The position numbers and the translations under genes were made by a program. Shown here in pieces: positions 1 through 9,158 of a stretch of DNA of 64,000 nucleotides. Source of the DNA: an uncultured Verrucomicrobiae bacterium (GTDB lineage Bacteria > Verrucomicrobiota > Verrucomicrobiia > Palsa-1439); the NCBI GenBank assembly GCA_963812605.1, contig CAWEWF010000001.1:448001-512000 (forward strand), read 5' to 3'. Position 1 is the first letter of the stretch, and every line of letters begins with the position of its first letter. Below the pieces are notes generated by a model. The model saw nothing but the letters and a program-made list of their open reading frames with translations. It did no database searches and was not told the DNA's origin.

Positions 1-1652
1 AACAGAAACGCACCGCCGAGAAAGAAAAAGTGCAGGTCGATGCGCCGCAGGCGCCCGCCCGAGCAGCCGAACACGCTGGCCAGGGAGATCGTCAGCAACG
101 CCACGAGGGCGATTCCGTATTGCCGTGGTAATTTCCGCCCTTCCAGATAGAGAAACGGCCAATCGTCGGTGGCCGGTTCCACAAGGCCGGCGCTCTGCGC
201 TTGTTGGACACCGAGATACTGGCGCAGGCCTGGCCCCGTGATGAAGGTATACCCCGGGGTCTGCTTAGTTTCGGACATCACGGGTGCCATCCCATACGCT
301 TCCGTCAGGATGGCATACATTCGCGCCTCCATGAACGGCGCGCCGAGCCCGTGCTCCACCACCACGAGGCCCTGATCCTTGAGGAGCTGCCGCACCTCGC
401 GGAAGCTTTCCACGGTAAAGACGAACGAGTCCAGTCGGACGGACGACATACTGGAGAAGAGGCGGTGTGAATCCAGCAGTCCAAACACGACCATGTCATA
501 ACGGTGGTGGGTCTTGTGGAAAAAGGACCGTGCGTCATCGACGTAGACGGTCACCCGCGGATCATCATACGGATGTTCCGGGTGACGCGTTCGGCCCAAC
601 TGGACGATCGCCGGATCGATCTCAACCGCATCCACGTGCTGGGCCCCGTGACGCAACGCCGCTGCCGTATCATTGCCCGTGCCCGCCCCGACAATCAGCA
701 CATCCCGATACGGGAAGTTGGGGATGCGGTAGGCCAGGTCGTAATGTTCCAGGTTGTGACGGAGAAATGGATAGCGGGCGACCGCCGTCGGCGAAAGATT
801 CAATGCCATCTGCAGGAAATCCTCGTCCACCGCGACGTGAAACCCGAATTCCGGGGGCAACACCTGCACCGTTTCCTGGTCAGTGCCGTTGTAGACTGAC
901 AACTGTCCCGTTGACCGCAGGATTGCCAACGGCGAGGCGGTGATCTTGTGATAGGGCGACCAAACGAACCCGCCGCCGGCCACGGTCACGTTGGTGATGG
1001 TGATCAATACGGCGACGAGGTTGGCGCACAGAAGCGCCTTTTCTCGTCGCACGAACCACAGCAAGGGTACCAGGGCCAAACCAAACCACCAGGCAGGGGC
1101 GAGTTGCAGGAATGACACAGCCGAGAACGCCACAACCCCCAGCACACTTCCGAGTATATTGAGAATGTAGCCGTTCAGCGGCGATCGTGTCGTCAGCAAG
1201 CCTACGCCGATCTTCTGCCCGAGGGGCACGAACGTGGCCGTGATCAGAAGAAAGAAGATGACGAGGGTAAACAGAAGCGGGACGGTCAGCAAGGACGCGC
1301 GATTGACGTCCGTGTAGAGGACGTCCTGCGTCAGGGTTTGCGTCTTGACGAAGAGATTGAACCCCAGGGCCACCACCACCAACAGCAATACCAGCAGCGG
1401 TTCGTACCGCACCAATTCGCGGCGCCACCGCGCCAGCATGGACCCAAGACCCAATCCCAAGAAGGAGGCGATCAGGACGAAATTCGTGAAGTAGGCGAGC
1501 ACGCGTTCATAGGAAGGCACCCAGCGGATGAACATGACTTCCATGAACAAGGCGAGGAAGCTGGCGATGAACAAGTCGGTCTTCCACCCTGGGATGTCCG
1601 CAGCGGCAGCCGGGAAAGAATCGTGCGTCGCGTGAATGGGGAGCGCTTCCAT
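1..1652 (-). CDS. Spermidine synthase-like membrane protein (TM region plus class I SAM-binding domain); runs off the left edge
   Basis: Manual translation from ATG 1652: MEALPIH...LFIASFLALFMEVMFIRW (TM-rich), later AVEIDPAIVQLGR and DDARSF...YDMVVFGLLDSH; absent from the ORF track because the stop lies outside the window. Confidence 0.75.
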   Translation of the reverse strand, partial: MEALPIHATHDSFPAAAADIPGWKTDLFIASFLALFMEVMFIRWVPSYERVLAYFTNFVLIASFLGLGLGSMLARWRRELVRYEPLLVLLLVVVALGFNLFVKTQTLTQDVLYTDVNRASLLTVPLLFTLVIFFLLITATFVPLGQKIGVGLLTTRSPLNGYILNILGSVLGVVAFSAVSFLQLAPAWWFGLALVPLLWFVRREKALLCANLVAVLITITNVTVAGGGFVWSPYHKITASPLAILRSTGQLSVYNGTDQETVQVLPPEFGFHVAVDEDFLQMALNLSPTAVARYPFLRHNLEHYDLAYRIPNFPYRDVLIVGAGTGNDTAAALRHGAQHVDAVEIDPAIVQLGRTRHPEHPYDDPRVTVYVDDARSFFHKTHHRYDMVVFGLLDSHRLFSSMSSVRLDSFVFTVESFREVRQLLKDQGLVVVEHGLGAPFMEARMYAILTEAYGMAPVMSETKQTPGYTFITGPGLRQYLGVQQAQSAGLVEPATDDWPFLYLEGRKLPRQYGIALVALLTISLASVFGCSGGRLRRIDLHFFFLGGAFL

Positions 1653-1815
1653 ATTTTATGCGAATGGGCGACACATTAATGTGGTGGGGCACCCGCGACA
1701 ACTCATTATCACATCATCCGAACAAGTTTTCGCGGGTGGACCCGATGCGAAGCGGCGGTTCACCCGCGGAAAAATTGCTTGCGTCACCTTTCGCGTCCGC
1801 CCATTCTAGCAGAGC

Positions 1816-2538
1816 ATGAAACGCGCCGACGGCCGCCGTCCCAATCAACTTCGCCCGGTAAAAATCCAGCCGCACTACGTCAAGCAGCCGGCGGGTTCCG
1901 CGCTCATCGAGATGGGCAACACGCGCGTGCTGTGTGCCGCCTCGGTCGAGGAAGGCGTGCCGCGCTGGATGCGCGAGCAAGGGGTGAAAGGCGGTTGGAT
2001 CACCGCCGAGTATTCGATGCTGCCCTACGCCACCGCGCCGCGCAAAGCGCGCGAGGTGACCCGCGGGCGTGTCGAGGGTCGCACGCAGGAAATCCAGCGG
2101 CTCGTGGGGCGCGCGTTGCGGTCGGTCACCGATATCGAGAAGCTGGGTGAGCGGACAATTTGGATTGATTGTGACGTGCTGCAAGCCGACGGGGGCACGC
2201 GCACGGCGGCGATTACGGGTGCGTACGTCGCGGTGATGCTCGCCATGCACAAGCTGGAAGGCGAAGGGGTGCTCAAAGAATGCCCCCTGAAATCCGGTGT
2301 GGCCGCCATCAGCGTCGGCATGCTTGACGGTGTGCCGCTGCTGGATTTGTGTTATGAGGAGGACTCGAAGGCGGCGGTGGACATGAATGTGGTGATGACG
2401 GACGAAGGCCATTTTGTGGAAGTCCAGGGAACAGGGGAGGACGCGCCGTTTACGCAACGGCAGATGACGACGATGCTCAAATTGGCCTGCGGGGGAATCG
2501 CCGACCTGCTGGCGATCCAGAAGAAAGTCTTGGACTAG
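1816..2538 (+). CDS. rph: Ribonuclease PH
   Basis: GWITAEYSMLP, GRTQEIQRLVGRALR, DCDVLQADGGTRTAAITG, FVEVQGTGE motifs. Confidence 0.97.
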   Translation: MKRADGRRPNQLRPVKIQPHYVKQPAGSALIEMGNTRVLCAASVEEGVPRWMREQGVKGGWITAEYSMLPYATAPRKAREVTRGRVEGRTQEIQRLVGRALRSVTDIEKLGERTIWIDCDVLQADGGTRTAAITGAYVAVMLAMHKLEGEGVLKECPLKSGVAAISVGMLDGVPLLDLCYEEDSKAAVDMNVVMTDEGHFVEVQGTGEDAPFTQRQMTTMLKLACGGIADLLAIQKKVLD

Positions 2539-2556
2539 TGATTACTTGGGAAAAGA

Positions 2557-2580
2557 GAACGGGCGAGACGCCTGTTCTAC
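2557..2580 (-). repeat. GTAG-type REP-like palindrome
   Basis: Minus strand GTAGAACAGGCGTCTCGCCCGTTC between convergent rph and trxA. Confidence 0.55.
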
Positions 2581-2924
2581 GGAAGGCCGAAAATCAGCCG
2601 TACGACGCCAGCTTCTTGTCCAGGTCCTTCTTGCCCGGTCATGCCCACCATCGTTTCCTTGACCTGGCCGCCCTGGAACAACAACAGCGTCGGGACGGCG
2701 CGAATACCAAAGCGGGTGGCAAGCTCCTGATTGTCGTCCACGTTGACCTTGGCGACCTTGATCTTGCCGAGCTTTTCCTGCGCGACTTCGTCGAGCATCG
2801 GCCCAATCATCTTGCACGGGCCGCACCAAGTCGCCCAAAAATCGACCAACACGGGTGTCGCGGCTTGGGTCACTTCCAAGTCAAAATTGGCTGTCGATAG
2901 AGTAACAATATGTTCGTTTGCCAT
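2577..2924 (-). CDS. trxA: Thioredoxin (probable +1 indel near the C-terminus)
   Basis: VDFWATWCGPC active site; removing one base near 2637 restores ...GMTGKKDLDKKLASYG*. Confidence 0.93.
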   Translation of the reverse strand: MANEHIVTLSTANFDLEVTQAATPVLVDFWATWCGPCKMIGPMLDEVAQEKLGKIKVAKVNVDDNQELATRFGIRAVPTLLLFQGGQVKETMVGMTGQEGPGQEAGVVRLIFGLP

Positions 2925-2988
2925 GGATATGCTCCAGCTTGTACCTGAGTCTTTGGATGCGCTACAAGCCTGTTTCGATTCGGTCGGT

Positions 2989-3459
2989 TTAACCGTAAAT
3001 CAGGAAGGCCAGGTAACCGGCGACCGCGAGCGATAACACCATGGCCACGAGGGCCAAAGCGCCGCCGCCTCCATCCGAGACGACGACTCTTCCCGGTGCG
3101 ACCGCGGGGGAAGCGGCGATGGGGGTGCCGGTGGTCACGGGCCCCGGATCTTTGGTCAATTTGACCGTGGGGCGCGGTGTTTCCGGCGCCGCCGGCTTGG
3201 CAGCCGTGACCTGGACCCGCGCGGTGTCTTTCTTGGGCTTGGGCGCTTCCGCGGGACGGCCCATGACGGAGGTTTCCTTCTTCGCCTCTTCTTCGGGAGA
3301 GCCCGAAGGGGGAGGCGGAGGCCGGTTCGACGGCGCGGGAGTCGGAGGGGTGATGCTGGGGGTCGCGCTGCGGCCGGTCAGGCCCGGGGGCAGATTGATG
3401 CGAACCGTATCTTTCTTCAACTCTTCTGCTGGTCTTTGTTCCGGTATCTCGTCAGCCAT
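2989..3459 (-). CDS. Pro-rich hypothetical protein with C-terminal TM anchor
   Basis: ATG 3459 preceded by GGAGG; repeated KK(D/E)T motifs; hydrophobic C-terminus. Confidence 0.75.
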   Translation of the reverse strand: MADEIPEQRPAEELKKDTVRINLPPGLTGRSATPSITPPTPAPSNRPPPPPSGSPEEEAKKETSVMGRPAEAPKPKKDTARVQVTAAKPAAPETPRPTVKLTKDPGPVTTGTPIAASPAVAPGRVVVSDGGGGALALVAMVLSLAVAGYLAFLIYG

Positions 3460-3546
3460 TGGGTCGTCCTCCGAGAATGCTGGACAAACATACGCGCCCG
3501 CCCGCAACCCTGTCAAATTGTTTCTCCCCGTCGGCCGGGGTTGTCT

Positions 3547-3575
3547 TTGACGCGTTGGCGGAGTTGGCCTAGCAT
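3547..3575 (+). promoter_or_regulatory. Sigma70-like promoter, probably leaderless, for the IDH-family gene
   Basis: TTGACG(3547)-17 nt-TAGCAT(3570)-6 nt-ATG(3582), no SD. Confidence 0.6.
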
Positions 3576-3581
3576 CGAGAC

Positions 3582-4059
3582 ATGACGCATACGGTGACTT
3601 TGATTCCGGGCGATGGCATCGGGCCGGAAATTGCCGCGGCGGTGCAGAAGGTTTTCGCGGCGGCGGGGGCGCCGGTGCAGTGGGACCTTCAGCCGCTGAA
3701 TGAAACCATCCTCAAGGAAACGAAAGGCGTGCCGACGGCGGCGGTGCTCGATTCGATCCGCGGCAATCGCGTTGCGTTAAAAGGCCCGCTCACGACGCCG
3801 ATCGGAGCTGGCTACACGAGCCTGAATTTGGTATTGCGCAAGACATTCGATTTGTATGCGAACGTACGGCCCGCAAAAACGCGTCCCGGCGTTCGGTCAC
3901 GTTACGAGAATGTCGACATCATCGTCGTCCGCGAGAATACCGAGGGCGAGTACTCGGGCCTGGAACACGAGGTGGTGCCGGGGGTGGTGGAATCGCTGAA
4001 GGTGATCACGCGCAAGGCGTCGGACCGCATCGCGCGCTATGCGTTCGAGTTGGCCCGTG
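3582..4059 (+). pseudogene. Isocitrate/isopropylmalate dehydrogenase family (NAD-IDH-like), 5' half only, truncated at a transposon end
   Basis: [53 protein letters not shown], then the reading runs into the TIR at 4068; no 3' half in the window. Confidence 0.85.
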
Positions 4060-4071
4060 GAGGCATTGGGG

Positions 4072-5028
4072 TCAACTCTGTACTCTGGACACATTTTCTT
4101 TGATCCGAGCGAGTTTCCGCCGCAGCGCCTGATCGTCCGCGCTGCGACGCTCCAACCGGCGCACTACCTGTCCGACACCGCTGCCATCCCGGTACCCCTG
4201 CTCGCGGGCGACCGTCACGCCGCGCTCGCCTCCCAGTTGGACCCGCGCCCAAATCTTGATCCGTTCATCCGTCTCCCGTTCCAACACCGCCGCCAGGCGC
4301 ACGCGACGCTCCGACTGTTGACGGCGGTGTAACCAAGCCGCCTCGTCCGCTGCCGGCTTGCGGGCCACGTGCGCTTGCACCTTGGCTAATAACCGTTCTC
4401 CGCCCAACACCAGGCCGCCGATCAGTTCGTCCCAGGGGCTCTTCACGTCCCCGTCAAACCATCGCGCGATACTCCGGTGATACTGACGACGGGCCGTCGA
4501 CGGTTCCGCGCCCCAATACCGCAACCACTGCTGGCACAACCACGCGGGCCGCTTGCGCTCCAGTCCCGCATAGACCCGATGGCTGCTCCAGCGATATGCC
4601 GCCAATGCCGCCGCCCGGTCCGCCGCGATCGGCTGGCCTTTCCGCCGTGGCCGCACCGGATTTAAATGGATGTATTCCACCAATCCCTGGGCATAGGTAT
4701 CGGCCTCCACCACCTGAGCTTTGAACCGTCCCTGGAACAGATGCCCGCTGCGCCGATGGCGGCGATTGAACCGCACCGTATATGTCACCTGCAACCACCC
4801 GACCGCCCGACTGAGGTTGGCCCGGGGCGTTTCCAATAGCAAGTGGTAGTGATTGTCCATCAGACAATAGGCGTGCAGGCTTACCCCGTAGCGTTCGACC
4901 GTCTCCGCCAACGTTTCCAGAAACCGACCCCGATCTCGACCGTCGCGATAGATGGCCTTGCGTTCGTTGCCACGCGCCATCACGTGGTACACCGCACCCG
5001 CGAACTCCACTCGAACAGGACGAGCCAT
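4072..5028 (-). CDS. IS200-like/RAYT-superfamily Y1 tyrosine transposase with C-terminal extension
   Basis: [21 protein letters not shown] (HUH), [16 protein letters not shown]; the stop codon lies inside the left TIR. Confidence 0.93.
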   Translation of the reverse strand: MARPVRVEFAGAVYHVMARGNERKAIYRDGRDRGRFLETLAETVERYGVSLHAYCLMDNHYHLLLETPRANLSRAVGWLQVTYTVRFNRRHRRSGHLFQGRFKAQVVEADTYAQGLVEYIHLNPVRPRRKGQPIAADRAAALAAYRWSSHRVYAGLERKRPAWLCQQWLRYWGAEPSTARRQYHRSIARWFDGDVKSPWDELIGGLVLGGERLLAKVQAHVARKPAADEAAWLHRRQQSERRVRLAAVLERETDERIKIWARVQLGGERGVTVAREQGYRDGSGVGQVVRRLERRSADDQALRRKLARIKENVSRVQS

Positions 5029-5035
5029 CCCACTG

Positions 5036-5065
5036 AGTCTACGTCCGACTGCGCTTCCCTGTCAA
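5036..5065 (-). promoter_or_regulatory. Transposase promoter just inside the right TIR, probably leaderless
   Basis: Minus strand TTGACA-18 nt-TAGACT-7 nt-ATG(5028). Confidence 0.6.
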
Positions 5066-5079
5066 TTGTCCAGTGTACA

Positions 5080-5140
5080 GAGTTGACCCCGAGTTGACCC
5101 CGACTCCCCCGACTCGACCCCGACTCCGACCCACGACTCC
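5080..5140 (+). repeat. Degenerating tandem copies of the element-end motif
   Basis: GAGTTGACCCC|GAGTTGACCCC|GACTCCCCC|GACTCGACCCC|GACTCCGACCC|ACGACTCC. Confidence 0.8.
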
Positions 5141-5164
5141 ACAGGTGCCCGACCCACGCGAAGA

Positions 5165-5502
5165 ACCCACCCCTTAATCCCCTCCAGGGAGGGGAATCCG
5201 CCTTCGCGAGACCGCTATGGTGGACAAGCACGCTGGATTATCGTAAAACGATATTTGTGCTGGACTTGTGGGCGGATACGGAATAAGATCGACGCGGTTC
5301 TTTCAAAAAACTGACGTGGATCTGTCGGCGTCATATTCGGCGCTTCACAGAAGCGCCGCTACATCAGAAGAGGGCGCTGAAAAACACCTGTTTCTGCGAA
5401 ACGAACCCCCCAGTTAACAGGTTGATGCGCAAGAGGAAGTAAAGGGACGCTCAGGAATTGGCACGCTGTAGCGAACGGCGGGTTGGGCCAGCCCGCCCTA
5501 CC
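5165..5502. repeat. Cluster of REP-like palindromes
   Basis: CCCACCCCTTAATCCCCTCCAGGGAGGGGA (~5166); CGGCGCTTCACAGAAGCGCCGCTACA (5338-5363); TGTTTCTGCGAAACGAACCC (5389-5408); GGCGGGTTGGGCCAGCCCGCCCTACC (5477-5502). Confidence 0.65.
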
Positions 5503-6785
5503 AGAATTGGTTCTACGCCTTTTTCGGGCAGCAGTGGAGGATGTCGTAGGGTTTGACGTTCCTTGGGGGTCGGGCCGGAGACGAGGTAAATGGCGTCGGT
5601 CAACTTTTCGACGCTGCGATGGTAATCCCAGCGGAGCATCGCGGTGTGCTGCACGACAAAGCGCGGATCGTCGTCGCGGAAACACGACACGCAACTCGGG
5701 TCGGGCAGGCCGACGAGGAATTCGTCCGTGCTGAGGTTGTGCGAGGTCGTGTTGTAGAAATCCTCGAAGAGGATGAAGGACGCGGCGAACGCGTGATCGA
5801 CATAGCTGATGGCTTGCGTCTGGCTTTCCTCGTTGCGCAGGCCGCGCGGCGCGACGGGCGTAATGCTGTAGAGATTGTCGAGGAGGTCTTCCATGATGTC
5901 GTCGAGCGAGTCATGCGACCAGTCCTTCAAGCGCTCCGAGTTCACCCCGTAGGTGAAGACCGAACCCTGGATGATCGCGCCGATGGCGATGCCGGGCCAG
6001 AGGGGCAACCGGTGCGAGGGCAGGTTGCGCGTGGGCGCGCGAAAAATTTTCGGGAACAACAGCGGCTTGATCTGCTTGTAGTTTTTCAGGTCGGGTACGT
6101 CGTCGCCGCAATAGTCGAGCAGGTTGATATGCGACTCGATCAAATCATCCATGCGGCTCGGTTCGAGCAGGTAATGATGATAGAGATGCTCGAGCAACAC
6201 CGTCTGCCCGTCCATGAGCGTCAACGCCAGGCCTTCGGGCGCGCGGGTCGCGAGTTGCGGACGCTGGTGTTTCAACAGGCTGAAGTAATAGTTGGTGAAA
6301 CTGGCCGTGTCGAGATGCGGTTCGTCGTGCAATTCCAGCGAGCTAATGATCTCTTCGAGGTCGTCATCGTCCACCCCGGCATCGTGGCTGCGGCAGCGAT
6401 AGAGACAGCGGACCTGGACGCGGCCGCGGCTGAAGATCCAGGCGCGGGTATGACCGAAATCGGCCAGGTGATCTTCGTCCTGCGGTTCGGTGCGGGTGTA
6501 AGTCATGTAGGCCAGTACGGAACCACTGCGGGAGCCGCGCTGAATGACCGGCTCCTCGATTTGTGGCCAGGAACGCTTCTCGCAGTCGAGGAGCGACTGC
6601 AGCGCGCGCTCCGGGCGCATTGCCTCGGGCGCGGGCTTTTCGAATTGGCAGGCTTCCACCTTCAGGTAGCCGCCGGTGGTCAGGCTGGCGAGGCTGACGT
6701 GCGGGGAGCCTTCATGGGTCAGCGGCAGCCACCCGTCGGGGTAACTGATCGTGTAATTCTTCTCAGGGTCACCGTACTCAGGCAT
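5451..6785 (-). CDS. Hypothetical protein, possibly DUF1444-like C-terminal region; true end probably near 5513 (indel)
   Basis: 444-aa ORF with GC-biased codon use; one-base correction near 5560 gives ...KDVKPYDILHCCPKKA*. Confidence 0.7.
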   Translation of the reverse strand: MPEYGDPEKNYTISYPDGWLPLTHEGSPHVSLASLTTGGYLKVEACQFEKPAPEAMRPERALQSLLDCEKRSWPQIEEPVIQRGSRSGSVLAYMTYTRTEPQDEDHLADFGHTRAWIFSRGRVQVRCLYRCRSHDAGVDDDDLEEIISSLELHDEPHLDTASFTNYYFSLLKHQRPQLATRAPEGLALTLMDGQTVLLEHLYHHYLLEPSRMDDLIESHINLLDYCGDDVPDLKNYKQIKPLLFPKIFRAPTRNLPSHRLPLWPGIAIGAIIQGSVFTYGVNSERLKDWSHDSLDDIMEDLLDNLYSITPVAPRGLRNEESQTQAISYVDHAFAASFILFEDFYNTTSHNLSTDEFLVGLPDPSCVSCFRDDDPRFVVQHTAMLRWDYHRSVEKLTDAIYLVSGPTPKERQTLRHPPLLPEKGVEPILVGRAGPTRRSLQRANS

Positions 6786-6975
6786 GACCAGAGTAAAGCA
6801 GCCACCTTGCCAAGCCCGCCGCGACCCCGGTCACTCGCAAAATTGGGCCTTTGGTAGGTGGGGGAAGGGCTGAGAGACAGAATTGAACGCCCTGGATCAC
6901 AGGCGTGGGAAGGGCTGCAAAGCATTGACAGCCATTCTCGTTTCAAGAGATAAAGCCTGCGTTTACGGAGCAGGT

Positions 6976-9108
6976 ATGGGTCAGCGCGCATTCATTTTTG
7001 TTATGGCCGGTCAATTATTTGTCGCCGGCCTCATGCAGGGGGCTGATGTTGCACCGACGAACGCGCCGGTAGTCCTGCCTCCCATCAAGGTCATTGGGCA
7101 CCCGGGATCCCTGACCTCCCCATCGCCTGAGAAGTCAGAAGAGCAGAAGCAGCAAATCCCCGGAGGATTTACTGTCGAGGGCAGCGACGAGATGCATCAA
7201 GGTCGCGCCTCGAATTTTGAAGATTTACTCCAAGGGGCGCCCGGTGTAACCCTGCAAAGTGAGAATGGAGTGGAGGTCTCCAAGATCTCCATTCGTGGTT
7301 CGGGAATCGACTCGGCAGACGAACCACTGGGTGTGGAATTCCTGTTGGACGGGATCAGCTTCCAGCAGGGCGACGGCGAGGTCATCCTGGAAGACTTTGA
7401 CGTTAATACCATCCAGTATGCGGAAATATATCGTGGGGCGAACGCCTTTCAATACGGCGCGTTGACGCTGGGGGGGGCGATCAACCTTGTTCCTTATACC
7501 GGTCACACGGCGCCCCCGTATGAGGTCAGGCTGGAGGCCGGCAGTTACGGCTTTCTGCTCGGCCAAGCGAGTGCGGCCGGCGTGGACGGACCGTTCGACT
7601 ATTACACATCGGTGATGGGCCGGTATCGGGACGGGTATCGCGATCACAGCCGTGAAAACACGGAGCTTTCATTCAGCGATTTCGGATACAAGATCGACGA
7701 CAACCTTGAAAACCGCTTTTACCTCACCGTGGACCATACGGACCGTAAACTACCCGGCGCCCTGACCAAGCAAGAGATGAACCAGGACCCCACGGCTGCC
7801 GACCCGGATGCGGTGGCCCAGGATTTTAGCAAAGCGTGGACCTATTTCCGGTTCGCTGACAAAATCAGTTACTCAAAAGACGGCCAGCAACTCGATGCGG
7901 GATTGTATTGGTGGCACCGGGAAATAGAGGAAAAAGGTTTTTTTGCCACCAATGACTTCCAACAGGGCATTCAAGATTTCAACGCGGACAACGTCGGCAT
8001 CAACGCGGATGCCATCAGTCACAAGGACCTGTTTGGACAGCGGAATCTCCTGACCATGGGGATGATTGCCGCCACGGAACGCGAAGCCGATCACAATTGG
8101 GCGAATGAAGGCGGCGACAAGGGACCGAGCATCGCCAGCGACGTGGAACTATCCGTCAACGCGGTACTGTACGCGCAGAACCAGCACTATTTGACCGAAA
8201 AATTTTCGGCGGTGACGGGGGTTCAATTGGCCTACGCCCTGCGCGATTTCACCGATCTCTTCAACCATACACTGAGTGGAAACGAGTCGCGGACACAGGA
8301 TTTTTACGGTGTCAACCCCAAGGCCGGCCTGATTTACGAGTTCAACGACAAAGACCAGGCGTTCCTTAACTTTAGCGGCAGTTGGCAGCCACCGTCTTTT
8401 GATAACATGGTCAATTTCGGCGACGGGCCCGGTGTCAGCCTCGAAGACACAGGGCTCGAACCGCAACGAGCGTGGACCGTAGAGACGGGCACGCGCGGCG
8501 AGCAGGGTCGTTTCGACTGGGACCTGGCTCTCTATTATTCGTGGGTCCATAACGAACTGCTCGACGTTTTCGATGCGCTGGGCAACGACCGCGGCGATGT
8601 GAATATCAACCATACCTATCACGAAGGCATTGAAGCCGGGTTGGGCATCGAGTTGCTCAAATCTATTTTCGCCAAGGAAAAGGACGGGAAGCCGGGCGAT
8701 CAGCTCAAGCTGGAACAAACCTATACCCTGAACGACTTTCATTTCCAGAACGATCCCGTCAACCATAACAATCGACTTGGCGGAATCCCGATTCATTTTT
8801 ACGAAGCGGATTTGCAGTATGAAATGCCGAATGGTTTTTACGTCGGGCCGAACGTGCAATGGAATATCACCGCTTATCCTGTTGACCAGGCGAACACGCT
8901 TAACGCCAGTCCCTATACATTGCTCGGGTTCAAGATGGGAGTCCAGCGAGCCAAGGGATTCTCGATTTTCTTCCAAGGGGTCAACCTGACCGACCAACGA
9001 TATGCCTCCTCGGTGGATCCCATAGCGAATGCAACGGGCTCGGCCCCGCAAGTGTTTCATCCGGGTGACGGACGCTCCTTCTACGGGGGTATTTCCTACG
9101 CGTGGTGA
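6976..9108 (+). CDS. TonB-dependent receptor
   Basis: Plug motifs (LLQGAPGV, ISIRGSG, EIYRGANAFQYG..LGGAINL), beta-barrel periodicity, terminal GRSFYGGISYAW; start uncertain (6883/6976/7003). Confidence 0.92.
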   Translation: MGQRAFIFVMAGQLFVAGLMQGADVAPTNAPVVLPPIKVIGHPGSLTSPSPEKSEEQKQQIPGGFTVEGSDEMHQGRASNFEDLLQGAPGVTLQSENGVEVSKISIRGSGIDSADEPLGVEFLLDGISFQQGDGEVILEDFDVNTIQYAEIYRGANAFQYGALTLGGAINLVPYTGHTAPPYEVRLEAGSYGFLLGQASAAGVDGPFDYYTSVMGRYRDGYRDHSRENTELSFSDFGYKIDDNLENRFYLTVDHTDRKLPGALTKQEMNQDPTAADPDAVAQDFSKAWTYFRFADKISYSKDGQQLDAGLYWWHREIEEKGFFATNDFQQGIQDFNADNVGINADAISHKDLFGQRNLLTMGMIAATEREADHNWANEGGDKGPSIASDVELSVNAVLYAQNQHYLTEKFSAVTGVQLAYALRDFTDLFNHTLSGNESRTQDFYGVNPKAGLIYEFNDKDQAFLNFSGSWQPPSFDNMVNFGDGPGVSLEDTGLEPQRAWTVETGTRGEQGRFDWDLALYYSWVHNELLDVFDALGNDRGDVNINHTYHEGIEAGLGIELLKSIFAKEKDGKPGDQLKLEQTYTLNDFHFQNDPVNHNNRLGGIPIHFYEADLQYEMPNGFYVGPNVQWNITAYPVDQANTLNASPYTLLGFKMGVQRAKGFSIFFQGVNLTDQRYASSVDPIANATGSAPQVFHPGDGRSFYGGISYAW

Positions 9109-9158
9109 AGGTTTTGAGGATTGATTCGGACGTTCCCTTTGCGTAGGCTGGCCGCATC

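Larger units (their letters stand above)
4068..5090. mobile_element. Y1/HUH transposase element bounded by 24-bp terminal inverted repeats
   Basis: GGGGTCAACTCTGTACTCTGGACA (4068-4091) matches the reverse complement of TGTCCAGTGTACAGAGTTGACCCC (5067-5090) at 23/24 positions. Confidence 0.85.

Noticed and set aside
5080-5160. CRISPR-like array
   Set aside because: Units are 9-11 bp, degenerate, lack spacers, and no cas genes are present
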